A stretch of DNA of 64,000 nt. Origin: Candidatus Moraniibacteriota bacterium. Lineage in GTDB: Bacteria; Patescibacteriota; Minisyncoccia; Moranbacterales; GWC2-37-73. The notes below the pieces were generated by a model. That model was given only the letters and a program-made list of their open reading frames with translations, had not been told where the DNA came from and ran no database searches. Shown piece after piece: positions 8,158 through 16,332 of this stretch. Location of the stretch: the NCBI GenBank assembly GCA_013336225.1, contig JAAXUC010000004.1, positions 32,421 through 96,420 of the forward strand, in the 5' to 3' direction. The first letter of the stretch is position 1; each line of letters starts with the position of its first letter. The position numbers were made by a program, and so were the translations under genes.

Positions 8158-8176
8158 AAAATTTGGCAAAAGTTTT

Positions 8177-9439
8177 TTAGACAAAAGTCAGAGCTGTTCC
8201 GGTTTTGCCGGCGCGGCCTGTTCGTCCGATGCGATGCACATAATCATCATATGTTGCAGGCACATCAAAGTTGATCACATGTGAAACATCAGGGATGTCC
8301 AAACCGCGAGCGGCCACATCAGTTGCAACCAAAATTTCCACGTAGTTTTCTTTGAAAAGTTTCAAAGCTTTCTGACGTTTGGCGTGTGATTTGTCTCCAT
8401 GAATTGATTGAGCTTTGAATCCATTTTTACTCAAAATGATGGAAAGTTTTTCAGCGCCATGCTTGGTGCGTGAGAAAATTAAAACTTTTGAGAAATTTGC
8501 TTTGCGCAAAAGATCTTGCAAAACCTCGATTTTGTCTTCACCTTGTTTCACGCGCACAACATCTTGATCGATGTTTGAAGATGTTTCGCGAGTTTTGATG
8601 GAAATCTTAATCGGTTCAACTAAGAATTCCTGAATCAATCTTTCAATTTCGGGAGCCAAGGTGGCTGAGAAAAACAAAGTCTGTCTTTTTGGAGCAACCA
8701 ATGAAAGAAGATATCGCACGTCAGGCATGAATCCCATGTCGAGCATGCGGTCAGCTTCATCAAGCACCACGTTGGCAAAAGAATTGAGATGCAAATTTTT
8801 ACGTTGAATCAAATCCTTAAGTCGTCCTGGTGTTCCAATCACAACATTGTAGCGTGAACGCAGACATTCGATTTGAGTTCGGATGTTTGCTCCGCCAACC
8901 ACAACCACTGAGCCAATGCGAAGACCGGCTGCAAAAGCGCGGAATTCTTCTTGAATCTGAATGGCCAATTCGCGAGTCGGCACAACCACGAGCAATTTTT
9001 CACTTGGGTTTTTGATGATTTTATCAAGCATCGGAAGCAAGAATGCTCCAGTTTTCCCAGTTCCAGTGTTAGCCAAACCAATCAAATCTTTGCCCTCAAG
9101 AATGTGGGGGATGGTTTTGTCTTGAATTGGAGTTGGATGTTCAAAGCCACGAGCTGCAATGTTTTTCTTAATTGATTCCTCAATTTTGAAATCAGCAAAA
9201 ATGGTGTCAGGAACATATTTTTCCTCAACAGTTTGTGGAGTTGCTTTGTTGATAAAGCGATTTACATCAATAAAATTGCCAGTGAAGCGCTTTTTGCGAC
9301 CACCACCATTGTTATTGAATGAATTCTTTTGTCCACCTTGGAATGGCGCTCTTGAGCGCGTAGGGCGTGAACTGCCCGCCTTAAAGTTTCTGCTATGCAT
9401 GTATATTTTAAACAAAACAAACTGGGAAGAAGCTTCCAA
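8177..9439 (-). CDS. DEAD-box ATP-dependent RNA helicase with N-terminal R/G-rich tail
   Basis: Q-motif FEHPTPIQ, Walker A ANTGTGKTGAF, PTRELA, DEAD (VLDEADRMLD), SAT, HRIGRTGRAG. Start may instead be the Met at ~9400 (MHSRNF). Confidence 0.9.
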   Translation of the reverse strand: MEASSQFVLFKIYMHSRNFKAGSSRPTRSRAPFQGGQKNSFNNNGGGRKKRFTGNFIDVNRFINKATPQTVEEKYVPDTIFADFKIEESIKKNIAARGFEHPTPIQDKTIPHILEGKDLIGLANTGTGKTGAFLLPMLDKIIKNPSEKLLVVVPTRELAIQIQEEFRAFAAGLRIGSVVVVGGANIRTQIECLRSRYNVVIGTPGRLKDLIQRKNLHLNSFANVVLDEADRMLDMGFMPDVRYLLSLVAPKRQTLFFSATLAPEIERLIQEFLVEPIKISIKTRETSSNIDQDVVRVKQGEDKIEVLQDLLRKANFSKVLIFSRTKHGAEKLSIILSKNGFKAQSIHGDKSHAKRQKALKLFKENYVEILVATDVAARGLDIPDVSHVINFDVPATYDDYVHRIGRTGRAGKTGTALTFV

Positions 9440-9610
9440 GCAAGAATCGTATACATAAAAAATTAAATTTTCATTTTCAAATCACTAGCAGGTGAAAAGA
9501 AAACTAGTTTTATGTATAGATACGCTTGATGACTAAACAACTGAAGGTATTAACATAAAAGTCAATTGTAATACGTTTAGGCTGGCTTGTCAAGTGTTTG
9601 GAGGCATATA

Positions 9611-9639
9611 TTGACTTTTGACTTTAAAAGGAGTATAAT
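9611..9639 (+). promoter_or_regulatory. sigma70-like promoter (TTGACT -17- TATAAT) driving the glyQS T-box leader
   Basis: -35 at 9611-9616, -10 at 9634-9639, 17-nt spacer. Confidence 0.55.
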
Positions 9640-9818
9640 AGAGCTATGTGAGGTTGAGAAGAGGGTGGCTCCTTTTTGCCCTAATTGAGGGAAAATCGAA
9701 CTTGCATGCAAAAGAGATGTCCACCAGAAAAGGTGGAAAGTCGGGTGGAACCGCGAGTCAAGACTCGTCCCGTGCATATCAAACACTTGTTTGGTTTGTG
9801 CAGGATGGGTCTTTTTTA
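9640..9818 (+). promoter_or_regulatory. T-box riboswitch leader (Gly-specific expected) with terminator
   Basis: Canonical T-box sequence AGTCGGGTGGAACCGCGAG at 9738-9756, followed by terminator gtgcaggatgggtc + T7 (9799-9817). Confidence 0.6.
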
Positions 9819-9843
9819 TTTTATGAAAATTATTTATTATAAA

Positions 9844-9910
9844 TTAACGAATTGCGAATTAACGAATTAAAAAATGCATAACAAATCCGTTAATGCGTTA
9901 ATACGTTAAT
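9844..9910. repeat. tandem NCGTTAAT octamers (ttaacgaattgcgaattaacgaattaa ... ccgttaat gcgttaat acgttaat) between the T-box terminator and the glyQS start
   Basis: Direct reading; the same octamer triplet lies upstream of proS at 20831-20855. Confidence 0.65.
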
Positions 9911-9926
9911 AAGTAATTTAAATCAT

Positions 9927-11297
9927 ATGGAAGAAAAAAAGGTGACAAAAATGGAAGACATTGTTTCATTTTGCAAACGCAGGGGATTTGTTTTTCCAAC
10001 TTCAGAAATTTATGGAGGATTGGCAAATTCATATAGCTATGGTCCGTATGGGGCAGAGTTGAAAAATAACATCAAGAAAATGTGGTGGAAAAAATTCGTG
10101 CAAAAGCGCGAAGATGTGGTGGGCATGGATGGTCCAATTTTGCTCAACACGAAACTTTGGGAAGCTTCTGGTCACATTGGAGGTTTCAATGATGCTTCAG
10201 TTGATTGCAAAAAGTGCAACAAAAGATTTCGAGCTGATCATGTGGTGAAGGAACTGACTGGAGAAGACATGGAAGGTGAACTGGAAAAGATGACCGCAAC
10301 TTTGCAGGCTGGGCTTAAATGTCCTGAATGCGGAAAATCTGATTGGACCGAGGTGCGCAACATGAGTCAGATGTTTCAAACAGAAATGAATGGGGTGGAT
10401 GGACCGATCTATCTTCGTCCGGAAACAGCCGGAGCAATTTTTTCTGACTACAAGAACGTGGTTGATTCAATGCGCGTGAAAATTCCTTTTGGAATTGCGC
10501 AAATTGGAAAAGCTTTTCGCAATGAAATTGTGGCGAGAAATTTCATTTTCAGAATTCGAGAATTTGAACAAATGGAAATTGAATATTTCATCGAGCCAGA
10601 AGCGAAGTGGGAAGCAATGTTTGAAAAGTGGTTGGATGAGCAGGAAGAATTCGCACTTTCGCTTGGTGCTAAAAAAGAAGATTTGAGGCGCTATGAACAT
10701 CCTAAAGCAAAGCTCTCACATTATTCCAGAAAAACTGTGGATACTGAATATAATTTCCCCTTTGGATTTGGCGAATTGTTTGGCTTGGCGCATCGTGGTG
10801 ATTTTGATTTGACACAACATTCGAAATTTTCAGGACAAAAACTTGATTATTTTGATGCAGCTGCCAACAAGAGATATGTTCCACACGTGCTTGAGCCAAC
10901 CGTTGGTTTGGATCGTTTAATTTTGACAACCATCTGCGCAGGTTATACTGAGGAAAAATTGGAAGATGGTGAGCGCATTGTGATGAAGTTTCCCAATGCA
11001 GTGGCGCCAATCAAAGTGGCGGTTTTCCCACTGATGAAAAACAAGCCAGAACTTGTTTCCAAGGCCAAAGAAATTTTTGGAAATTTGAGTGAAGATTTCA
11101 TGTGCGAGTTTGATGATAATGGAAATGTTGGAAAACGTTATCGTCGCCAAGATGAAATTGGAACTCCATATTGCGTGACTGTTGATTTTGAAACACTTGA
11201 AGATGGCGCCGTCACCGTGCGCGACCGCGACACCATGAAACAGGAGCGAATCAAAATTTCCGAGCTGCAAACATTCTTCGCAGAGAAATTGCGATAA
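9927..11297 (+). CDS. glyQS: glycyl-tRNA synthetase, alpha2 dimeric type
   Basis: MEDIVSFCKRRGFVFPTSEIYGG...YGPYG N-terminus, class II motifs (FRNEI, GLDR), anticodon-binding C-terminus. The second ATG at 9951 has the better SD. Confidence 0.9.
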   Translation: MEEKKVTKMEDIVSFCKRRGFVFPTSEIYGGLANSYSYGPYGAELKNNIKKMWWKKFVQKREDVVGMDGPILLNTKLWEASGHIGGFNDASVDCKKCNKRFRADHVVKELTGEDMEGELEKMTATLQAGLKCPECGKSDWTEVRNMSQMFQTEMNGVDGPIYLRPETAGAIFSDYKNVVDSMRVKIPFGIAQIGKAFRNEIVARNFIFRIREFEQMEIEYFIEPEAKWEAMFEKWLDEQEEFALSLGAKKEDLRRYEHPKAKLSHYSRKTVDTEYNFPFGFGELFGLAHRGDFDLTQHSKFSGQKLDYFDAAANKRYVPHVLEPTVGLDRLILTTICAGYTEEKLEDGERIVMKFPNAVAPIKVAVFPLMKNKPELVSKAKEIFGNLSEDFMCEFDDNGNVGKRYRRQDEIGTPYCVTVDFETLEDGAVTVRDRDTMKQERIKISELQTFFAEKLR

Positions 11298-11396
11298 AGT
11301 TGTCTCACTTTTTTAAAGCGTTCCACGTTGTTGGAACGCTTTTTGCATAAAAATCCATCCCTTTTATTAAAAATGATTGTGCTTGGAAAAATTAAA

Positions 11397-11430
11397 ACCC
11401 GGTATAGACTCTGTCTATACCGGGTTTAGA
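11397..11430. terminator. bidirectional terminator (aaaacccggtatagac-tctg-tctataccgggttt)
   Basis: 13-bp near-perfect stem between convergent glyQS and the PEP-CTERM gene. Confidence 0.65.
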
Positions 11431-11452
11431 ATCACACTTTGCAATTCTTTTT

Positions 11453-12082
11453 TTATGCAGTCATTTTGTTTGTGCGGCGTTTCCCGTACACTGCAATCCC
11501 AAGCAGGCCAACTGAAAACAGTGCCATGGTTCCTGGTTCAGGAACGGGTGCAACCGAAGTCATGTTTATGCCAATTTCGTTTAAACTGAAATCATTCCAG
11601 CAGAGATCTCCAGCCAGGACACTTACTTGAATCAGGCCATCCTTGAGATATTCTTCAAGTCCAGCTTGCTTGAGGTCAATGGTGAATATTTTGCTGGCAG
11701 GACTCATTTGAAACCAGGAAAAATTTCCCAAAAATAGAGTCTTGTCCAGGAGTTTCGTGTCTCCATCCATTGCTCCGGAAGAAATCACAATTCTTTCTGG
11801 CAAAAGATCTGCAGAAGAAATTGTGACTCCCAGGAGCGCAGACGTGATGCTTGAGCCTGGCAAAAATCCAAGAGCATCAGTTGTGGCTCCATTGGTTTGG
11901 TTTACGAAGTCAAAGTTAAAGACCGCGGACTGACCCTGCGATAGTGTTACACTTTGATTGCCATTTAAAAAAGCTTCCTGTTGAGTCATTGGCAGTGCGA
12001 ATGCCATCCCAGCTGTCATCAACATCATCAACATTACAATTAAAAAGTTTTTCATTAAAAATCTCCTTTTCGGTTGAACCAC
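11453..12082 (-). CDS. secreted protein with C-terminal PEP-CTERM sorting signal
   Basis: Signal peptide with basic n-region (KRRFLMKNFLIVMLMMLMTAGMAFA); C-terminus VPEPGTMALFSVGLLGIAVYGKRRTNKMTA = PEP motif + TM helix + basic cluster. Confidence 0.65.
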   Translation of the reverse strand: MVQPKRRFLMKNFLIVMLMMLMTAGMAFALPMTQQEAFLNGNQSVTLSQGQSAVFNFDFVNQTNGATTDALGFLPGSSITSALLGVTISSADLLPERIVISSGAMDGDTKLLDKTLFLGNFSWFQMSPASKIFTIDLKQAGLEEYLKDGLIQVSVLAGDLCWNDFSLNEIGINMTSVAPVPEPGTMALFSVGLLGIAVYGKRRTNKMTA

Positions 12083-12261
12083 GTAATTGTCAATAGAAAC
12101 GGCTGCAATAATCTCCTTTCTGCCCCCAATGGGCGTATTTAACTCATTAAAGAACGAAAGACAAGTGTAACACGAAACATCAATCTTGGAAAGTGTTTAG
12201 ATTTATTGACTTATATCCTGAATTCACTGCTGAAATATTTTTTTCAAAAAAAGACAAGAAA

Positions 12262-12294
12262 AAAGGAATTATACGTTTGTGTAATTCCTTTTTG
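12262..12294. terminator. terminator hairpin (aaaaaaggaatta-tacgtttgtg-taattccttttt)
   Basis: Stem ggaatta/taattcc with A-run and T-run; lies downstream of the minus-strand 12317..12829 gene. Confidence 0.45.
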
Positions 12295-12316
12295 GAATTT
12301 TGCGATACACCCTTTG

Positions 12317-12829
12317 TCACCGTGCTCGAAATGAAGTCCTATTGGTTCTCTTCATTAGGTTATATTGCTTGCCATTGAAAATGTAATATTCTGTTATTCC
12401 TGGCTGGAAGTTTCCATCAGGATATTCCATTATCATGTCATTTATTCCATTGTGCTTGCCTGGCATGAAAATAAGTTGGTCAGGATATTCTGGGCCAAAT
12501 ATTTTTGAAAAACTTTTTTTGTCATCGCTTCTTTTGTAAACCCATACATCACATCTTTTTGCTCCAGTGCAACAGCCCTCGGTTGATTCGGCTTCCACTT
12601 GAAACAGATTGTTGTTTTCATTGTCATCACCAAGATGCAAGGCTTCGACTTTGATCATCTTATTTATGTTGCCACCGGCATTTTTGATGCATGTTTTGCT
12701 AAGTTCCTTGCTGTGAATCATCTGCTGGGCGATTTTCTTGATGATTGCCTCATTTTCTGCTGCAAGGCAGTTGCTGGACAGAATATTGAGGCCAAACAAC
12801 GCAATAAGGATGGTGATAATTTTTCTCAT
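12317..12829 (-). CDS. hypothetical secreted protein
   Basis: Cleavable signal peptide MRKIITILIALFGLNILSSNCLAAE; four Cys; no recognisable domain. Confidence 0.45.
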   Translation of the reverse strand: MRKIITILIALFGLNILSSNCLAAENEAIIKKIAQQMIHSKELSKTCIKNAGGNINKMIKVEALHLGDDNENNNLFQVEAESTEGCCTGAKRCDVWVYKRSDDKKSFSKIFGPEYPDQLIFMPGKHNGINDMIMEYPDGNFQPGITEYYIFNGKQYNLMKRTNRTSFRAR

Positions 12830-12967
12830 GGCAAACTCCTTTTCTGAGGGGGGGGATTTGACGCAAGGCGTCTATTGAATTGACAAACAGCTATCTCGAG
12901 ATCACCTGACAATATAATACGATATAAGAACAATGTAAAGGGTTTGAATTCAGGCGGTTTTTTCTTT

Positions 12968-12997
12968 GTTTGACAGGATTGATGGTGCGTGGTAATG
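12968..12997 (+). promoter_or_regulatory. candidate promoter (TTGACA -17- TAATGT) for the small Gly-rich ORF
   Basis: gtttgacaggattgatggtgcgtggtaatgttac. Confidence 0.35.
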
Positions 12998-13059
12998 TTA
13001 CACGTCAAGCACAGTGTGTTTGATTGATGGAAAATCCAGAAAGAAAGGGGGTGAGTTCA

Positions 13060-13173
13060 ATGGGTAAGGGCAGCGGTTCAGGAGGTCATGGAGGCGGCAA
13101 TGCTGGTTCTGGCGGTCAAAGTGGCGGCGGTGGCGGAAGTGCAGGCGGCGGAAGTGGCAGTCGTGGAAAATAG
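13060..13173 (+). CDS. small glycine-rich peptide (37 aa: MGKGSGSGGHGGGNAGSGGQSGGGGGSAGGGSGSRGK)
   Basis: Below the ORF-track cutoff. Strong SD aaagaaagggggtga 7 nt upstream of ATG, and a rho-independent terminator 30 nt downstream. The leader is identical over 15 nt to the leader of the 32839 small ORF. Confidence 0.5.
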   Translation: MGKGSGSGGHGGGNAGSGGQSGGGGGSAGGGSGSRGK

Positions 13174-13202
13174 TAAAAAAGTTGAATGTTCCATGATATG
13201 CA

Positions 13203-13236
13203 AAAAAGAAGCTCTTTTCGAAACCGAAAAGAGCTT
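13203..13236 (+). terminator. rho-independent terminator (aagaagctcttttcg-aaac-cgaaaagagcttc + T)
   Basis: 14-bp stem after the Gly-rich ORF. Confidence 0.6.
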
Positions 13237-13310
13237 CACTTTATTTACGAATGAGTAATAGTAGAAAAGACTTGATATTCTTTTGTATTAAACAGTGGTA
13301 TGATTAAGAT

Positions 13311-14579
13311 ATGAAACATAAGATTGAAAAATTGAAACTTGCCAATGGGGCAATGCTTGTGAATGTGATTGTGAAGAATTTGCCAATTACGATTGTTTCA
13401 GCTTGGTTTAGAGCTGGATCAAGATTTGATCAAAATGGCAAAGAGGGAACAGCACACTTGCTTGAACATCTTTTAATAAAAAGAACAAAAAAATATACAG
13501 ATACCATTGAAAGACTCAAGGACATTGAGTCTAATGGTATTAAATTCAATGCTTTTACAAGTTATGAGACCGCGCATTACTATTACACTCAGCCAAAAGC
13601 AGAGACATGTGGAGCCTTGGATTTTCTGATAGATGGCTTGGAAAATTATGCATTTAATGATGTTGATATTGAAGAAGAAAAAAAAGCCGTGATCAATGAA
13701 TTGATGGAAAACAGAGCAAATCCACGCGAATATATTTGGGAATTGTCCAATGGTTCTTTGTGGAATGGGTTGTCTATGGGAAAACAATTTTTTGGAAACA
13801 AAAAAAGCATAAAATCGATAAACAGAAAAGATTTGCAGGGCTTTATCGATAAATATTATACATCTGAAAATTGTTCATTTTTGGTTGTCGGTGATGGCAA
13901 TACTGAAAAAATCGGGAAATATTTGAATGCGAAACTTATACTTAATGATTCCAAAAAACCAAAACTAATAAAAGAAAAATCCGGCAAACCGAAAAAAATA
14001 TCAATCATTAATAATGATGAATCTCAGGCGATGATTTCAGTTGCTTTTAAAACACTTTCAATGGATGCTGATCCTTTGGAAATTGCTGTGATTGATTTTA
14101 TCCGAGATTATTTGGCAAACAATTGGACGTCAAAACTGATTGAAGAACTTCGCCTCAAGAAGAATGTGACATATTGGGTGGATGGGGCGTCAATTAATTT
14201 TTCAGATACTGGCATGCTCCGATTCACTTTTGCTTGCAATAAGAAAAATGTCACTGAATCCATAAAAATAGTGCTAGATGAGATTGAAAAGTTAAAAATA
14301 AATTCTTTTGATGATGGGGAACTTGCAATGCATAAAAAATCATTTTTGTCTTCAATGATCATGCGATTTGTTGATCCGTATGAATATTTGTGGTGGTATG
14401 GTTGGCAAGTCGTTGTTTCTGATGGAAAAAATGTGGTTAACGTTGAGGAATATTTAAAAATAATTCAGAAAATTAAAGGTGAGGACATTGCTCGCATTGC
14501 TTTGAAATATTTGAATAGAGAAAATATGTCCATTTCCATTATTGGCGATGTTGAAAAAGCTGATGTTATTCTTGCATAA
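13311..14579 (+). CDS. M16-family zinc metallopeptidase (pitrilysin/insulinase-like)
   Basis: Inverted zinc motif HxxEH in GTAHLLEHLLIKRT plus a downstream Glu region; ~420 aa two-domain layout. Confidence 0.8.
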   Translation: MKHKIEKLKLANGAMLVNVIVKNLPITIVSAWFRAGSRFDQNGKEGTAHLLEHLLIKRTKKYTDTIERLKDIESNGIKFNAFTSYETAHYYYTQPKAETCGALDFLIDGLENYAFNDVDIEEEKKAVINELMENRANPREYIWELSNGSLWNGLSMGKQFFGNKKSIKSINRKDLQGFIDKYYTSENCSFLVVGDGNTEKIGKYLNAKLILNDSKKPKLIKEKSGKPKKISIINNDESQAMISVAFKTLSMDADPLEIAVIDFIRDYLANNWTSKLIEELRLKKNVTYWVDGASINFSDTGMLRFTFACNKKNVTESIKIVLDEIEKLKINSFDDGELAMHKKSFLSSMIMRFVDPYEYLWWYGWQVVVSDGKNVVNVEEYLKIIQKIKGEDIARIALKYLNRENMSISIIGDVEKADVILA

Positions 14580-14689
14580 AAATTCATAAAATGCGCTATT
14601 TAAATTTAAGAAGGGATTGAATGATGATGTGAATGTGGAAAATGAGATTTTGTGATATAATAAAAACATCAATTAAAAAAATTTTTATT

Positions 14690-15307
14690 ATGGATAAAAA
14701 ATCAAAAATATTGCTTTGGGTGATTGCTCTTTTGATTGTTGGCAGTGTTGGTGCAACTTATTGGCGCATCATGATTAAAAAAGATTACATCATTGAGTCT
14801 CAGATTGATTGTGATCCATATGAAAACAAATGTTTCGTGTGGGAGTGTGATCCTGAGTCGTCAGTGGAAGGAGAAGCTTGCACGGGCGACCCTGAAAGTG
14901 ACATTTGGTATTTTCAAGTGGCGAAAAGAAATGCAGCAAACATTTCGCTTTGTGATCCTGAAACTGATGAAAATTGTGATCCGTGGACTTGCGCTGAAGA
15001 TGAAAAGGATTGTAGTGAAATTTTTTGCGATGAGGCAAATATGGAAGAGCAATTTGCCGCATCTTGCAATGATCCTGCTCAATATGTGATTGACAATCCA
15101 ATTGAAGAAGAAGGCGATTGCGCTGAAGATGATGAAGAATGCTTGGCTATTGAAGAGGAGTCTGCCTGTGAGGAGGGTGATGAGGAATGCTTGGCAGCAG
15201 AGGAGGAGGCTGTCTGTGAAGAAGGTGACGAGGAATGTGTCAATGCTGAATCTGCCACAGATGAAGATGTCGCGGCTGATGTTGTTGATGAAGATATAGC
15301 TCAATAG
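14690..15307 (+). CDS. membrane-anchored, highly acidic Cys-rich repeat protein
   Basis: N-terminal TM helix ILLWVIALLIVGSVGATYW, then an ectodomain with 18 Cys and repeated E-rich units (EEECLAIEEESACEEGDEECLAAEEEAVCEEGDEEC). Start taken at Met20 of the track ORF. Confidence 0.5.
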   Translation: MDKKSKILLWVIALLIVGSVGATYWRIMIKKDYIIESQIDCDPYENKCFVWECDPESSVEGEACTGDPESDIWYFQVAKRNAANISLCDPETDENCDPWTCAEDEKDCSEIFCDEANMEEQFAASCNDPAQYVIDNPIEEEGDCAEDDEECLAIEEESACEEGDEECLAAEEEAVCEEGDEECVNAESATDEDVAADVVDEDIAQ

Positions 15308-15405
15308 CAATAAAATACCCACGTGAAAAGATGGATTAAAACCCGTCTTTTTTGTGTAATAATTTCATAAAATGCTTTATTTAAGCTAAAAAGCAGTGCT
15401 TGCAT

Positions 15406-15434
15406 TTGACAAGAACTGTTTTTAGGTGTATAAT
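15406..15434 (+). promoter_or_regulatory. sigma70-like promoter (TTGACA -17- TATAAT)
   Basis: Consensus hexamers with 17-nt spacer, 42 nt upstream of a strong SD (GGGAGGTG) and the TTG start of the 15476 gene. Confidence 0.6.
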
Positions 15435-15475
15435 AGAAAATCAGTTAATTTAAAAATCGAATAGGGAGGTGCACT

Positions 15476-16240
15476 TTGAAAAATGCACTAGTGGATGGAT
15501 TCAGAGCCTTCCTTGATATCAAGGAAGAAGAGGAGATCGTGTCAGCAGCAGTTGCAAAAAAAGCTTCTTTTTTGGCAGCTGGCAGAGCAGTGTTTGCTTT
15601 TACTGATTGGATCATTGCAGCTGGACTTGGCGCATTTGTTTTTTGGATGCAGTCAAAAAACTTTTCCTCTGTAAATGTTTGGCTGGCAACATTTTTGTAT
15701 GATCTTGTTGCCTCGGCTGCATTTTTCTTTTTGAGTGACATGACAAAGTGTGATTTCACATTTGGTCAATCATTCAGAAGAGTCGCTGACAGTCTTTCCG
15801 GAAATGGATTTTTTGGGAAAATTTTTGCTGGCATGCTCCTTTTGGGAGTATCAGCAAAGGCCATCATCTGGGAAGGTCCGGAAGTTATCTGCTTTCTTTT
15901 TCAAAAAGAATTGAAAAGTAGGCGTAACATCTGGCTGGCATTGATTGTCTTGTCGGCACTGCAGGGATTGTTTGGTGCTTGGCTCTATTCTACAGGCTAT
16001 GAATTATGGAGAGCATTTGCACCAAAGTTGGTTGATTCCCATCTTGTTTTAATGGGAATAGCAACGTTTGCCATTGTTGCAATCATTGTTGCGCTGGCAA
16101 AGAAGATTGTGAAATTAGTAACAAAAGCGATTCGTTTTTTCTTTGAATGTTCAAAAAAACAGCAGTTAATGATGGTCTTTCAATTGGCAGTATTTATATT
16201 TTGCACAATGCTGCTTTTACGGAAAATTATATTTACTTGA
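15476..16240 (+). CDS. hypothetical polytopic membrane protein
   Basis: TTG start after GGGAGGTG; 6-7 predicted TM helices; no motif recognised. Confidence 0.4.
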   Translation: MKNALVDGFRAFLDIKEEEEIVSAAVAKKASFLAAGRAVFAFTDWIIAAGLGAFVFWMQSKNFSSVNVWLATFLYDLVASAAFFFLSDMTKCDFTFGQSFRRVADSLSGNGFFGKIFAGMLLLGVSAKAIIWEGPEVICFLFQKELKSRRNIWLALIVLSALQGLFGAWLYSTGYELWRAFAPKLVDSHLVLMGIATFAIVAIIVALAKKIVKLVTKAIRFFFECSKKQQLMMVFQLAVFIFCTMLLLRKIIFT

Positions 16241-16332
16241 ATCGTATCAGGCGTGAATCTTATAAAGTAAGATTCACGCCTTTTTTCTTTTGCATTTTCA
16301 TCATCTTGCAAAAATAATAAAATTAGCCTAAT

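Noticed and set aside
13060-13173. Gly-rich ORF considered as a translated low-complexity artefact or collagen-like fragment
   Set aside because: Not rejected as a gene: SD, terminator and the shared leader argue for expression. The collagen-like idea is rejected because there is no Gly-X-Y periodicity.
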